From: Vulcanimicrobiota bacterium
GTDB taxonomy: Bacteria > Vulcanimicrobiota > Vulcanimicrobiia > Vulcanimicrobiales > Vulcanimicrobiaceae
Reading direction: 5' to 3'
Assembly: GCA_963723515.1 (NCBI GenBank)
Contig: CAVRQT010000003.1
Coordinates: 384,001 to 448,000 of the forward strand
Length of the DNA: 64,000 bases
A program made the translations under genes and the position numbers. How positions within the stretch are numbered: position 1 is the first letter of the stretch; every line of letters starts with the position of its first letter. Under the pieces are notes generated by a model. The model saw only the letters and a program-made list of their open reading frames with translations, was not told the DNA's origin and searched no databases. Below, one piece after another: positions 22,088-32,270 of the stretch.

Positions 22088-23902
22088 ATGAGTGAACGAT
22101 TGAGGTGCGTTCTTGCGGTTTGCTCGCTCCTCGGTTTAGCTGCCTGCCAAGGCGGCGGAGGCGGGTCGAGCATGCTGCCTACGGGATCGAGTGTAAATCC
22201 CGGTGCGGAAAGCGTAGGATACAGCGTTCCGCGAAGCAGACCAAACGGTGTCCGCATAAATGTTCGGCTTCCGCTTAGAAACAGTGACGATCTCGATAGG
22301 CTGATCGATCAGCAAAACACAAAAGGTTCGCCGTTTTACCATCACTGGTTAACCCCAGCGCAATTCCGCGCGGCATACGGACCCCGCTTCGAGGATCTGA
22401 AGACTGTTGCGGCCGCGCTTCAAGGAGCCGGTTTCAATACGACATTCACATCACAGGGTGTTATCGCTGATGCGCCACAAGCGACGGTCGAGAGAACGTT
22501 CAATGTGCACTTGCAGCGCGTTTCATCGCCCACCCATGGGAAGGTCCCAACACTCGCTGTGGACCGAGTCCCAACTATGCCAACGCCGCTACAGCGACTG
22601 GGTGCGCATCTCGCTGGTCTTGCGTCGTTCCAGATGAAACCGCAATACCTGCTGAAAAGCAAGAACCCCGTTCCGGAGAATCGCTATAGTCCCACTGGTG
22701 GCTACTGGGGCGACGATCTCAAGCAAGCGTATGAGTATCCTTCATACAACGTTTTGCGTGGATCGGGAACGAAAATCGCGATCTTGGCCGTTAGCGATTT
22801 CCTGGATAGCGACGTGGCGCTGGCCTTCGGTCACGAGAAACTAACTCCGCCCACCATCATTCGCCGACCTGTGGACGGTGGTCCGCAGCCATTCGGTGGC
22901 GTCAACGACGGTTTTTCGGATGAGATCTCGCTCGATGTTCAAGAGGCAGGCTTCTCGGCGCCTGGCTCAACGCTCATGGTTTACGGTGCGCCCGATGCAT
23001 CTTTTGAGCCGTCGTTCCTTGACATGTACACTGCGGTCGTCGAAGACAACCAAGCCGACCTCGTCAGCGCGTCCTTCGGCCTCTGCGAGCTTTTCTTCAC
23101 CGCTCCATACAACGGCGGCACGGACTTTACATCGATTCTGACTAGCGACTTCCATGACGTTTTCCGTCAAGGAAACGCACAAGGCATTACGTTTCTAGAC
23201 TCTTCGGGTGATGCGGGCGCACTTGGTTGTACCGACGTCGCTGGAGCGGTCGCGACACTTGGAGTTGAGGTGTTCGCCAATGATCCGACTAACGTAGGCG
23301 TTGGCGGCACGAATCTCGTGACGTCGTTCATCCCCGGCTCGAAACAATCGACGTATGTTCGCGAGAATGCGTTCAGCGATCCGATTGATCCCGCGTTCGG
23401 ATTCCCGGCCGGTTCAATCTGGGGCTCGGGCGGCGGAGTGAGCACGATTTGGAAGAAGCCGCTGTATCAGCATTTTGTGAATACCGGGGCGAGCATGCGT
23501 GCCGTCCCGGACATCTCGCTTCACATGGGCGGATGCCCGAGCACTGCCGTACAGCCGTGCGCTCCGGACCGCAGCTTCGATATCGTGGCGGTCGGAGGTG
23601 CATTCTACGGGTTTATCGGCACCAGTGCATCCGTCCAGGAGTTTGCCGGCTTGCAAGCGCTGCAAGACCAAAGGCTTGGAGTTCGGACCGGTAACGCCAA
23701 CTATCTGATATATGGCTTGGCAGCTGGCGGTTCACTCGGCAACGGCCCGATTTTCCATAACGACATTCCGGGAAATAATGGGTACCCGTCACACCATGGC
23801 TACAACTTCGTGGTTGGCAATGGAACGGTGCGCGGCGCGCAGTATGCGTTCGACCCGTTCGGCCCATTCGCCGGCACTCCGCAGACACCGACGAACCCGT
23901 AA
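22088..23902 (+). CDS. S53 (sedolisin/kumamolisin) family peptidase with pro-domain, lipoprotein
   Basis: Lipobox LAAC; pro-domain YHHWLTPAQF; catalytic EISLD, SSGD, GTS motifs; RAVPDIS. Confidence 0.9.
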   Translation: MSERLRCVLAVCSLLGLAACQGGGGGSSMLPTGSSVNPGAESVGYSVPRSRPNGVRINVRLPLRNSDDLDRLIDQQNTKGSPFYHHWLTPAQFRAAYGPRFEDLKTVAAALQGAGFNTTFTSQGVIADAPQATVERTFNVHLQRVSSPTHGKVPTLAVDRVPTMPTPLQRLGAHLAGLASFQMKPQYLLKSKNPVPENRYSPTGGYWGDDLKQAYEYPSYNVLRGSGTKIAILAVSDFLDSDVALAFGHEKLTPPTIIRRPVDGGPQPFGGVNDGFSDEISLDVQEAGFSAPGSTLMVYGAPDASFEPSFLDMYTAVVEDNQADLVSASFGLCELFFTAPYNGGTDFTSILTSDFHDVFRQGNAQGITFLDSSGDAGALGCTDVAGAVATLGVEVFANDPTNVGVGGTNLVTSFIPGSKQSTYVRENAFSDPIDPAFGFPAGSIWGSGGGVSTIWKKPLYQHFVNTGASMRAVPDISLHMGGCPSTAVQPCAPDRSFDIVAVGGAFYGFIGTSASVQEFAGLQALQDQRLGVRTGNANYLIYGLAAGGSLGNGPIFHNDIPGNNGYPSHHGYNFVVGNGTVRGAQYAFDPFGPFAGTPQTPTNP

Positions 23903-23978
23903 ACTGCGTCAGAAAATCTAAGCCGAAAGGGGCGGCGTTTCAAATAATAAACGCCGCCCTGAATCCTCGCCGGCTTCG

Positions 23979-24002
23979 TGTCACCCTGAGCTTGTCGAAG
24001 GG
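23979..24002. repeat. REP element
   Basis: TGTCACCCTGAGCTTGTCGAAGGG, identical to copies at 21235 and 21361. Confidence 0.85.
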
Positions 24003-24129
24003 CGAAAGACGCGTCCACAGCCCGACCCATTACCGAGAAAAACATCGCAAATCAGGGGTTTTCCTCGCTTTGATTTTCAAGCGGCAGAAGGATGCTCCGC
24101 CGCTTTACAAACTGAGGAGACTCACGCAC

Positions 24130-25063
24130 ATGAGACAAACGCGAACGTTCTTACTCTGGGCAATGCTTATCTTTGCGGCGGCCGTAGGACAGACGTTGGT
24201 CGCGCCGGCTATCGCTGCTCCGCGCGTGCCGGGCACCGTCTTCCGCGACTGCTCGAATTGTCCCGAGATGGTCGTAATTCCCGCGGGCAATTTCATCATG
24301 GGTTCGTCCGCAGCGGAGAAATCTTGGGCGGCGAGTCACGGTGGCAATCTGGCATCCGTAGCTGACGAAGCGCCGCAGCACCGTGTCGACCTGCGGTCCT
24401 TCGCATTGGGTAAGTACGATGTGACGCGAAGCGAATATGCAGCGTTCGTCCGCCAGACGGGGCATGCTGCAGGAGATGGATGTGGTCCTGACAGTTTTAA
24501 GTGGAAAAAACAAGCGGATGTGACTTGGGAGAATCCCGGCTTTCACCAAACCGAGCGCGATCCGGTCGTCTGCGTCAGCTGGCAAGATGCGCGAGATTAT
24601 GTTACGTGGCTGAACGGCAAGGTGCGGCCGCGTTGTGTCGATCACAGATAGTGCACCCTATCGACTGCCCAGCGAATCGGAATGGGAATATGCAGCGCGG
24701 GCGGGGACGACGACACGGTTCTGGTGGGGTGACGACGACAGCGCTGCACCCGGACATGCCTGGTACAAAGACAATTCCGGCGGTCGAACGCACACGGTAG
24801 GCGTGAAGAATGCGAACCCATTCGGTCTTTACGACATGCTGGGCAATGTTTGGCAATGGACGCAGGATTGTTACGCCAACAGCTACACAAACGCGCCGAC
24901 GGATGGCAGTGCGGCGGAATCGGGAAACGCCTGCCTTCGCGTCGACCGCGGCGGATCTTGGTTATATCCCGCGTGGCTGCTTCGGCCAGCAGCGCGCGAG
25001 CGGAACCCCGCCGACTACCGGGACATCATTATGGGGTTCCGCTTAGCCAGGACGCTCCCGTGA
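24130..25063 (+). CDS. Formylglycine-generating enzyme (FGE/SUMF1) family protein, secreted (frameshift ~24635)
   Basis: FRDCSNCPEMVVIPAGNFIMGS, DPVVCVSWQDA, YRLPSESEWEYAARAG, NPFGLYDMLGNVWQW, RGGSW, GFRLAR. Confidence 0.9.
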
Positions 25064-25279
25064 ATCGGAGCTTCCGTCGGGAAGTTTGGCTACTTCTCGG
25101 TGATTCTGAGGGATCGAAGTCTCTACAACCGCGTCCAACAGCGCCGCTCAAACAGTTCGTACTTTGTTTCGCATATGGGACGAGCGAAGTTTTTGAGTGC
25201 CCGAAAGATTTTGAAGCCCGCCCAAACAGTTTCGGCAGTTGACCGCTCTATAGATCGTATGTACTTCGAGGAGCAACTG

Positions 25280-25786
25280 ATGGGGCCGCAGGTTCCGACT
25301 GAGATCATAGAAGCCGCTAGGCGCGGCGGTTCAGCTGATATCGAGCGGTTGCTCGAGGCCGTATGGGTGGACGCGTACCGTCTCGCGCGAGCGATCGTTT
25401 CGCAGCCGCAGAGCGCGGAAGATGTTGCACAGGAGGCGTGCGTCATCATGTTCCGCACCATCGCTTCGTTGCGCAATCGGAACGCTTTCCGCGCGTGGTT
25501 CTATCGGATCGTCGTTCGCGAAGCCCTCAGGCAAAAGAAATTACAGCTGGTATCGACCAGCCTTTCAAAAGATGCCGCCTACTACGAAGATCCGTCGGTG
25601 TCCCTTGATCTTTGGCGTGCGCTAGCCGCGTTGCCTGATAGCCTCAGAACCGTCGTTGTTCTCCACTACTTTGAAGGACTCTCAAGCCGCGAAATCAGTG
25701 AGATCCTGCGCGTACCCGATGGCACAGTGCGCTTCAGATTGATGACTGCAAGACGGCCGAATGCAACCGCTCCTTCAACAGAATGA
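25280..25786 (+). CDS. ECF RNA polymerase sigma factor
   Basis: AEDVAQEA, FRAWFYRIV, LPDSLRTVVVLHYFEGLSSREISEIL..PDGTVRFRL. The C-terminus probably has a frameshift. Confidence 0.9.
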   Translation: MGPQVPTEIIEAARRGGSADIERLLEAVWVDAYRLARAIVSQPQSAEDVAQEACVIMFRTIASLRNRNAFRAWFYRIVVREALRQKKLQLVSTSLSKDAAYYEDPSVSLDLWRALAALPDSLRTVVVLHYFEGLSSREISEILRVPDGTVRFRLMTARRPNATAPSTE

Positions 25787-25818
25787 CGATTGCGCTCCCT
25801 CGAAAGGCGACGAACTCT

Positions 25819-26456
25819 ATGCACTATGATCTCTTAGAACGCTGCAGCACGGCTGCGCGCGAACATCCAGGCCCCGCCGTTCCCCTTGGAAGCAATCCGC
25901 ACGCGCAACGAGACGCTCTTCCAAACCTACTCCTCGCCGCCGCTCAGTCGCCGCTGTGATCGTTGCATCTGTTTCAATTGTTGCGCTCGCGGCAGCCGCA
26001 GAAGTTTTGCAGCAGACCCATCTGCGCTTCACGCCATCAGGCGGAATGGTCATCTCGTCCAACGCAAAGATGGGCTCGCGCCCGATTCATACGGAGGCAG
26101 AAATTCAGGAAGCCGCCCGGCGACTAGACTTTCCGGCGATCCTTCCTATGGGTTTGCCTGCCGGCGCGAAGCCGATACGCCTCTTCACCGCCGGAACAAG
26201 TATGCTCGCCATCACCTACGAGCTTCCGGGAACGCAACGCTCGTCTCACTTGCTTTGGGTATTCCTGACGAACCGGGCGACCATGTCCGGGCCGGCGCGG
26301 CCGCCTCAGGGACGCTATACGTTGCAAACTGGGGAACGCACGTCGCTCAGAGTGTGGGATGTAGGTAAAGAGGCCGTGATCGCCACCTCGACCGGCTTGA
26401 GCGATCGGGAATTTGCAACCATCAAGCGTGCGATGGAGGAAGGAACCCCGCGATGA
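25819..26456 (+). CDS. Putative anti-sigma factor (single TM, frameshifted)
   Basis: Directly follows the ECF sigma gene; TM segment VIVASVSIVALAAAA followed by an extracytoplasmic domain. Confidence 0.6.
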
Positions 26457-26498
26457 CCTCTGCTCCTACGACGTGGCTTAACAAAGAGTCGAAAGCTT

Positions 26499-26585
26499 AG
26501 CAAGTCGTACAGCAAAAGGGCCACCAACAACGGTGGCTCTTTGCGATTGTCACTCTGAGCGCGCGCGGAGCGCGTTGTCCGAGGG
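26499..26585. repeat. Repeat block: GTACAGCAAAAGGG motif + terminator variant + REP variant
   Basis: AGCAAGTCGTACAGCAAAAGGG matches 20973-20994 at 21/22; GGCCACCAACAACGGTGGCTCTTT; TGTCACTCTGAGC...TGTCCGAGGG. Confidence 0.7.
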
Positions 26586-26593
26586 CAAGCGGA

Positions 26594-27082
26594 TCATCGG
26601 CGACTGCGATCGTCGCTCTTTTCGAAGTCGAGTATACGTCGTAGGCTGGCTTTAACTTCCTTAAAGCGACGCTTACCAAGTCGCTTCGCCCACTCTGCTT
26701 CTATTTCAGCGATGATTGCGCGACCATGCTCGATCATCCGCTCGCCGCGCTCGGTCGTGAAAATCAGCTTTGCTCGGCGATCCGTTGGGTTTGGCCGGCG
26801 GACAACATATCCCGAGGCCTCCACATCGTCAATAAGTTCTTTCATCGCCGGTTTCGTCATACGCGCTTTGGCGGCAAGTTCGGTGAGCGTACTGCCTTCA
26901 TCTTCGATATAAATAAAGATGGGCGAGTGTGCGGCGCGGATTTGGCCTTGCGTTTCGACGCGAAGCCGATCAGTAATCTGGCCGACGAAGGCCGCATAGA
27001 TTGGCCCAATCAGTCGTCCAATGGACGTCGGATCCGGAGGAGGCGCTAGACGGCGGCGCGGCGCGCCATTGCGGCTTGACAA
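26594..27082 (-). CDS. MarR family transcriptional regulator
   Basis: TLTELAAKARMTKPAMKELIDDVEASGYVVRRPNPTDRRAKLIFTTERG winged-helix motif. Confidence 0.9.
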   Translation of the reverse strand: MSSRNGAPRRRLAPPPDPTSIGRLIGPIYAAFVGQITDRLRVETQGQIRAAHSPIFIYIEDEGSTLTELAAKARMTKPAMKELIDDVEASGYVVRRPNPTDRRAKLIFTTERGERMIEHGRAIIAEIEAEWAKRLGKRRFKEVKASLRRILDFEKSDDRSRR

Positions 27083-27141
27083 AAAGTTCTACGTATCCTA
27101 TTGTTAGGGAACCTTACTAAATAGTTAACTAGCCTTACTAG
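27076..27141 (+). promoter_or_regulatory. Sigma70-like promoter with two putative MarR operators
   Basis: TTGACA (27076), 17 nt, TATTGT (27099); CCTTACTA repeated at 27112 and 27133 within imperfect palindromes. Confidence 0.65.
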
Positions 27142-27195
27142 TTTCGCCGAGTGGCATTCCGGCCCTTGGATACCTGGTTGGCAAAGGAAAGCACG

Positions 27196-28170
27196 ATGAA
27201 ATATTTTAGCACAGCCGCGATTCTTGCTTTTGCGCTCGCCGCGGCGGGATGCACCGGAGCGACCACAACAAGTACGGCTGCGCCGCCTGCCGCAGGCCCG
27301 TTAACATGGACACTTCAGGCCGGCGCCTCAAGCACACAAGAGGCGTATCAGGGCTTACAATTCTATCCCACTTCGATCACGATCGACGCCGGCGACAGCG
27401 TGACGTGGACGTTCCCAGCCGGTGAGCCGCATACGGTCACGTTCTTAGGGAATCGCACATCGTTGCCGCCGCCGAACGACCCCAGCGTTCCGGCGCCTGC
27501 AGGCGGTTCAACATATGACGGTACGGTGTACACGAGTTCCGGGTTTAAATTGCTTGGCCAGGCCTACACGCTTATGTTTTCTAAGCCCGGTGCGTACAAG
27601 TACTATTGCTTACTTCACGGCGGCCTACGCGGTGGTATGGACGGAACGATCACGGTTCAGGCAGCCGGCGCTCCGTATCCAACCGCCCAAAGTCAATACA
27701 CCAGCGCTGGGCAGGCGATGATCTCGAGCGATCTTGCGAACGCTGCCGCGTCAATCAACCAGTTTCCCTATCCCATCGGCGGACCGCACCTTGCTGCGGG
27801 AATCGCTCCCGGGTTGAATGCAGCGCCGCCGGCGACGTCCACGGTGGTGCGCTTCCTCGATAGTAAGTCGGCGGCTAGCAATCAAAGTGTCACGATACCC
27901 ATCGGAGCAACAGTGAGCTGGACGAATCTTTCGAATAATTTTCCGCACACCGTAACGTTCGGCATCGTCGGTCAGCCGTTTCCGAAACTTCCGCCATTCG
28001 CGCCGCCGTCCGGCGGCACGACATACGACGGAACGGCAGTGACGAACTCCGGCGTCATGATGCCAGGCCAAAGCTACAGCCTGACGTTCACTAAGAGCGG
28101 CACGTACACGTATCACTGCCTGTTTCACGACGATACCGAGAACATGATCGGAACGGTCGTCGTTAAGTAA
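27196..28170 (+). CDS. Lipoprotein with two cupredoxin (plastocyanin/azurin-like) domains
   Basis: Lipobox AAGC; two PHTVTF...YxCxxH...M type-1 copper motifs. Confidence 0.88.
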   Translation: MKYFSTAAILAFALAAAGCTGATTTSTAAPPAAGPLTWTLQAGASSTQEAYQGLQFYPTSITIDAGDSVTWTFPAGEPHTVTFLGNRTSLPPPNDPSVPAPAGGSTYDGTVYTSSGFKLLGQAYTLMFSKPGAYKYYCLLHGGLRGGMDGTITVQAAGAPYPTAQSQYTSAGQAMISSDLANAAASINQFPYPIGGPHLAAGIAPGLNAAPPATSTVVRFLDSKSAASNQSVTIPIGATVSWTNLSNNFPHTVTFGIVGQPFPKLPPFAPPSGGTTYDGTAVTNSGVMMPGQSYSLTFTKSGTYTYHCLFHDDTENMIGTVVVK

Positions 28171-28188
28171 CCGAGGCAAACGAGTAAT

Positions 28189-28220
28189 AAAAAGGGTCAC
28201 CGCAAACGGTGACCCTTTTT
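28189..28220. terminator. Bidirectional intrinsic terminator
   Basis: AAAAAGGGTCACCG-CAAA-CGGTGACCCTTTTT between convergent genes. Confidence 0.85.
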
Positions 28221-28259
28221 ACTCTCTGCGGTCCGCGCTAAGGTGAAAGCTTTTGAGTC

Positions 28260-28529
28260 TTAAACCGCCGCCGAGATTGGTAAGCCGAATGCCGCCTCTT
28301 CGTTCAGCGGTACGTATTCGTTGCGGCAGACGTTACCTACAACGGGCTCTAGAAATTCCTTCACCGCCTCAACTGAAGGTGCTTCCCACAAGCACGTTGC
28401 TGTTTTGCGGTCCGCCCCGCTTAGATACTGGTGCAACTTGAGGTGCGACGGGATCGCTTCGGTTGCGGTTTTGGCGGAAGACTCGAATTTGTCGGGATCG
28501 CTAATGCGATGGATCACTGTAATGAACAT
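28260..28529 (-). CDS. Small hypothetical protein (alpha/beta)
   Basis: AAAGGA RBS; MFITVIHRISDPDKF...ATCLWEAPSVEAVKEFL. Confidence 0.65.
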   Translation of the reverse strand: MFITVIHRISDPDKFESSAKTATEAIPSHLKLHQYLSGADRKTATCLWEAPSVEAVKEFLEPVVGNVCRNEYVPLNEEAAFGLPISAAV

Positions 28530-28678
28530 GGTGTCCTTTCTGGGATGCTGGAGGTTCGTGCAAAGAAGAGCACGGCCTGTGACAGTCGATTGAGCGTTCA
28601 TACCAGAGACACCGTCGCGGAAGCTCCTTATCCTGTGGACGCTCATCCTGTCAGGGGTAACCGCCGCGTTACAGCGCT

Positions 28679-29032
28679 TTACATCGCTGGCCCGATTAGG
28701 ATCCACGTCCTTCCTTTGAAGCTTTGGATCATGACGACTGCTCCGCTCCGTTCCGGTCCGACCAGGAACGCATCTTCCGAGTTTTCCATGCCCGGCTGCG
28801 CCATTTCGGGTGCGCCCTTAAGGCGCGCTTTATACCACGCTTTTACAGTGGCGAAGTTGGCGGCGGTGGAGTAAGCCTTGACTTTGTGTGGTGGCACCGC
28901 GATGCCGACGCCCTCCGGGCGAACACCCAGCACCGCGCCTGGATAAATGGGCGGAGCGCGGAGCGCGGCAGCACTCACGGGAGCGCTAACCGCAAGTATC
29001 ACGGTCAACAACGTCATGACGAGCAGGCGCAT
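28679..29032 (-). CDS. Hypothetical secreted protein
   Basis: Signal peptide MRLLVMTLLTVILAVSAPVSA; PIYPGA motif. Confidence 0.6.
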   Translation of the reverse strand: MRLLVMTLLTVILAVSAPVSAAALRAPPIYPGAVLGVRPEGVGIAVPPHKVKAYSTAANFATVKAWYKARLKGAPEMAQPGMENSEDAFLVGPERSGAVVMIQSFKGRTWILIGPAM

Positions 29033-29237
29033 CACTAAAATTCTTGACGCGTTGGAGGGAACAGGACCACAAACAGCGCCGACTCGCATAATCTAGTGCG
29101 GAAGCATCGAGTTTCGGCTAAGCGCGAAAAGATCAACACGGCGACTCCTTAACGGTGCTTCGAAGTGAAGTGTGCGTTACTTAGCCACCGTCACCTTTGA
29201 GTACAGACCGTTGTTCTTAAAGCTACGGAGGAACACG

Positions 29238-29555
29238 ATGGCGTATTTTGTCGTGATTCGTGAACGGAGCGCGGGGTGGAACTGGTCGCTGCCGATGCGT
29301 CAGCAGCCGGAATGGGAAGCGCACGCCGCATTCATGGATGCGCTGGCCGATGAGCGGTTCATCGTTGCGGGCGGTCCACTCGGTAGTGAGAATGATGCGA
29401 AGCGTGTGATGCACGTGATCGACGCGCCAGGCACGGACGCAATTGAGTTGCGTCTAGCGCAAGATCCGTGGACGCCCATGCGATTGCTCACCACCGTTAG
29501 CGTCGAGCCATGGACGGTTCTACTCGGCGGGCTTGGCGACACTACAGTGGCGTAG
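29238..29555 (+). CDS. YciI family protein
   Basis: GGAGG RBS; WEAHAAFMDAL...IVAGGPLG...DPW. Confidence 0.75.
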   Translation: MAYFVVIRERSAGWNWSLPMRQQPEWEAHAAFMDALADERFIVAGGPLGSENDAKRVMHVIDAPGTDAIELRLAQDPWTPMRLLTTVSVEPWTVLLGGLGDTTVA

Positions 29556-29752
29556 GCCGGCCCGTCGCCGCGTTCTAAAGACCTAATCTTATAGTGCCAG
29601 ATGCACGGGGCGGCCGCGCTGTGGCCCTGGTACGATTTGGGTCTATGGCCGACGGTCCATCGAACCGCTCCGTTTCGTCGCGTCTTAACGGCCGCGAAAT
29701 TATCGGTTAAGTATGGCGCGCGTCGATTTTTGACATCTACAAGAATGGAGCG

Positions 29753-30004
29753 TTGCTGATTATTGCGTTGGCCGTCTTCGGCGCGGCCGCTGCGTGGCGT
29801 TCGGTCGAAGTTGGCGCAATGCTTGGGGCGGGCGTCGCTGCGTTTGTCGCACTGGTTGCGAACCCGGCCGACGTGGAACGGGTCGCTACGCTTCCGATCA
29901 CACCACTCGCCGTTATCCTCGCTTCGATAGGCCTGCAGCGCTTGGCCGATAGGCTACCGCTCACAGCAAGGCCAACGGCTCAAATGGAACCGATCGGATC
30001 GTGA
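29753..30004 (+). CDS. Hypothetical membrane protein
   Basis: Hydrophobic 83-aa ORF; no recognised motif. Confidence 0.35.
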   Translation: MLIIALAVFGAAAAWRSVEVGAMLGAGVAAFVALVANPADVERVATLPITPLAVILASIGLQRLADRLPLTARPTAQMEPIGS

Positions 30005-30032
30005 GATCCATGACGCAGATGCGACTGCTCAG

Positions 30033-30389
30033 ATGTTGACGCTGCGCGCCCACGCATTGATCGCGTTCGCCTTGTTTATCGCGATATTGTTATTCGCAGG
30101 TCTCGGCAACGTGCTGGCCGCATCCGGCCTCATCAAGAACGGCGCTGCGCTTCAAACGGCGATGAAGATTTTTTTTCTTGCCTTAACCGTTGCACTTGCT
30201 TTTTCAATGATCCCGGTAATCGTCAAAGGCGTTCTTGCAGCGCAGGTCGCGTTTGGCAATGGTAACCTCGCACTGGTTAAGACGGCGATCGAGCACGAAG
30301 TCGCCATTATCTTGACGCTCTGGTCCTTTATGCTATTTGGGTTCGCTGTCGCGTTGCCGTTCGCAATTCGGCAACGCTTCTTGCAATAG
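30033..30389 (+). CDS. Hypothetical membrane protein
   Basis: 118 aa with three hydrophobic helices. Confidence 0.6.
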   Translation: MLTLRAHALIAFALFIAILLFAGLGNVLAASGLIKNGAALQTAMKIFFLALTVALAFSMIPVIVKGVLAAQVAFGNGNLALVKTAIEHEVAIILTLWSFMLFGFAVALPFAIRQRFLQ

Positions 30390-30426
30390 AGCTTACTCTA
30401 TGGAATTGTGCGTTCCACGTCTTGCA

Positions 30427-32270
30427 CTAGCTTAATCGCGTAAAGCCGTCGCGGCTCCAGCCTTCGCTGCCGACACCATTGTGAACGATGAAGAGTCCCG
30501 TCGGGTCATATTTATGTTTGATTTCGTCCAAGCGCGTCATAGTTTGAACCCCAATACTGCTGCTGCCAATGCGGATCGAAATACGACGCTTCAGATACGT
30601 ACGAACCGCCGTCCGGAACGATTGCGCGCAACGCCGATGCGCAGTCATGTACTCGAGCGGCGTATGTTCGCGCTTCCTTGAGATTCGGGTTCATGATTAG
30701 TCACACCGGGGTAGACGTCTTGGTTTGAACTCGCCGTAATCGCAAGCGCAAATGCGTCAAGCATCGCTGGGTTCGTCGCCGTATCGCGTGAGCGCGCGAT
30801 CGCATCTGCCGGTGCGCCGCTAAGACCTTTATTGAAATGGAAGTTAAACCCGTAATGGCGGCTCGCAGCGAAGATTGCATCGACAAGACGAGCGCGGTTC
30901 TCCGGTGCGAGGAGCGATGCGGGCATCCACAGCGACTCGTAGGCGTAAACGAACTGACCAACCTGATCGGAATCGCCCGCCCACCAGAAGGAGCGGGGAT
31001 TCGCTCCGGGGCGCGGATCGATCACAATAGCGGATGGGGCGTAGCGCTTGATGATATCGGGATTCCACCAATACCGTGCGGGGACGGCAATGACGCCCGG
31101 CTTGTCGACGTACGAGTAATCCGCCGGGGCAGCAGAAATCCAATCGAAGAACGGCTGCCAAATCGTCTGCGCGGCAGATTGATCCAATCCTTGTAGGACG
31201 AGCGAAAGTTCGAATCTATTGCTGCGCCGAAATCCCACCTGCTCGCCCCAGTGCGGATCGTGCAAATGCTCCGCGTAGAATGTAACGAACCGCTCGATCA
31301 GTCGATGGTAGGCCACATCTGAATTGGCTTTGACCGTTCCAAACGCCGCTCCGAAGGTTTGCGGCAACTCGTGGGTCAACAGCGTCAGCCGTGTCATCAC
31401 GCCAAACGTTCCGCCACCGCCGCCCTTGAGCGCCCAAAACAAATCCGAATTCTGACAGGCATTTGCAGTGCGGATCTTGCCATCCGCCGTAACGACTTCA
31501 GCTTCCAATAAGCTCGCGGCGGCGCTGCCGAAATTTTTCGAAAAACTCCCGAAGCCCCCGCCCGAAACTAAGCCTGCGACTCCGACGGTCGTGCAGCCGC
31601 CGCCCTGAACGTAGCGTCCACCTCGCGTGGTGACCGCGTCGTAGACGTGTCCCCAAAGGCAGCCTGCGCCGAGGGAAACCGCGTGCACGGGTGCACTCGA
31701 GCAGCCCTGCGGCACGAATGCGTCATGCATTACGATTTGGTTCATCGGATGCGTCCAAATCAAAAGCGAATCCGGCGCATTCGACGTCCCTTGATAACTG
31801 TGGCCGCCGCCGCGGACAGCCACGCGAAGATCATGCTCTCCCGCAAAATTGATCGCCGCAGCGACATCGGCAGCGGAAGAAGCCGCCACCGCATACACGC
31901 TCGGATGTGAAACCCAGGCGTCGACCCAGCCCAGCGTTTGCGTGACGTTCGGCGTTTCGTTGATGTAGTACGGGTTCCGCAAGTTTTTGAAAAGCGTTGC
32001 GCAATAGTTCCGGTTTGAGCAGCGCGTAAACGCCGACTGTAATTTCAGCAGTCGCCCACCGACTTGCGATCGCAAACGTGCCCACTGCGCCGGCGACGGC
32101 CAGCGTGAAGTACCGGGCCGCGCGCGGCTGAACCGCGTCGCTGCAATGATCGGACGCAACAGCATCGAGAATGCCGCCGGCACCAGCGGCATTGCCGCGA
32201 TCGCTTTGAGAAGGCTCTTGCGCTTGATGCGATTGGGACCGCGTGCGCGACGATTCAGTTCAGGGGCCAC
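30427..32270 (-). CDS. FAD-binding oxidoreductase, berberine-bridge-enzyme-like (frameshifted C-terminus)
   Basis: AVRGGGHSYQG, GGGCTTVGVAG, LFWALKGGGGG; BBE tail GSYVSE...YWGSNY...IKHKYDPTGLF; Tat-like N-terminus. Confidence 0.9.

Noticed and set aside
17990..30000. Prophage or ICE at tRNA-Asn
   Set aside because: No integrase, phage structural or conjugation genes in the window.
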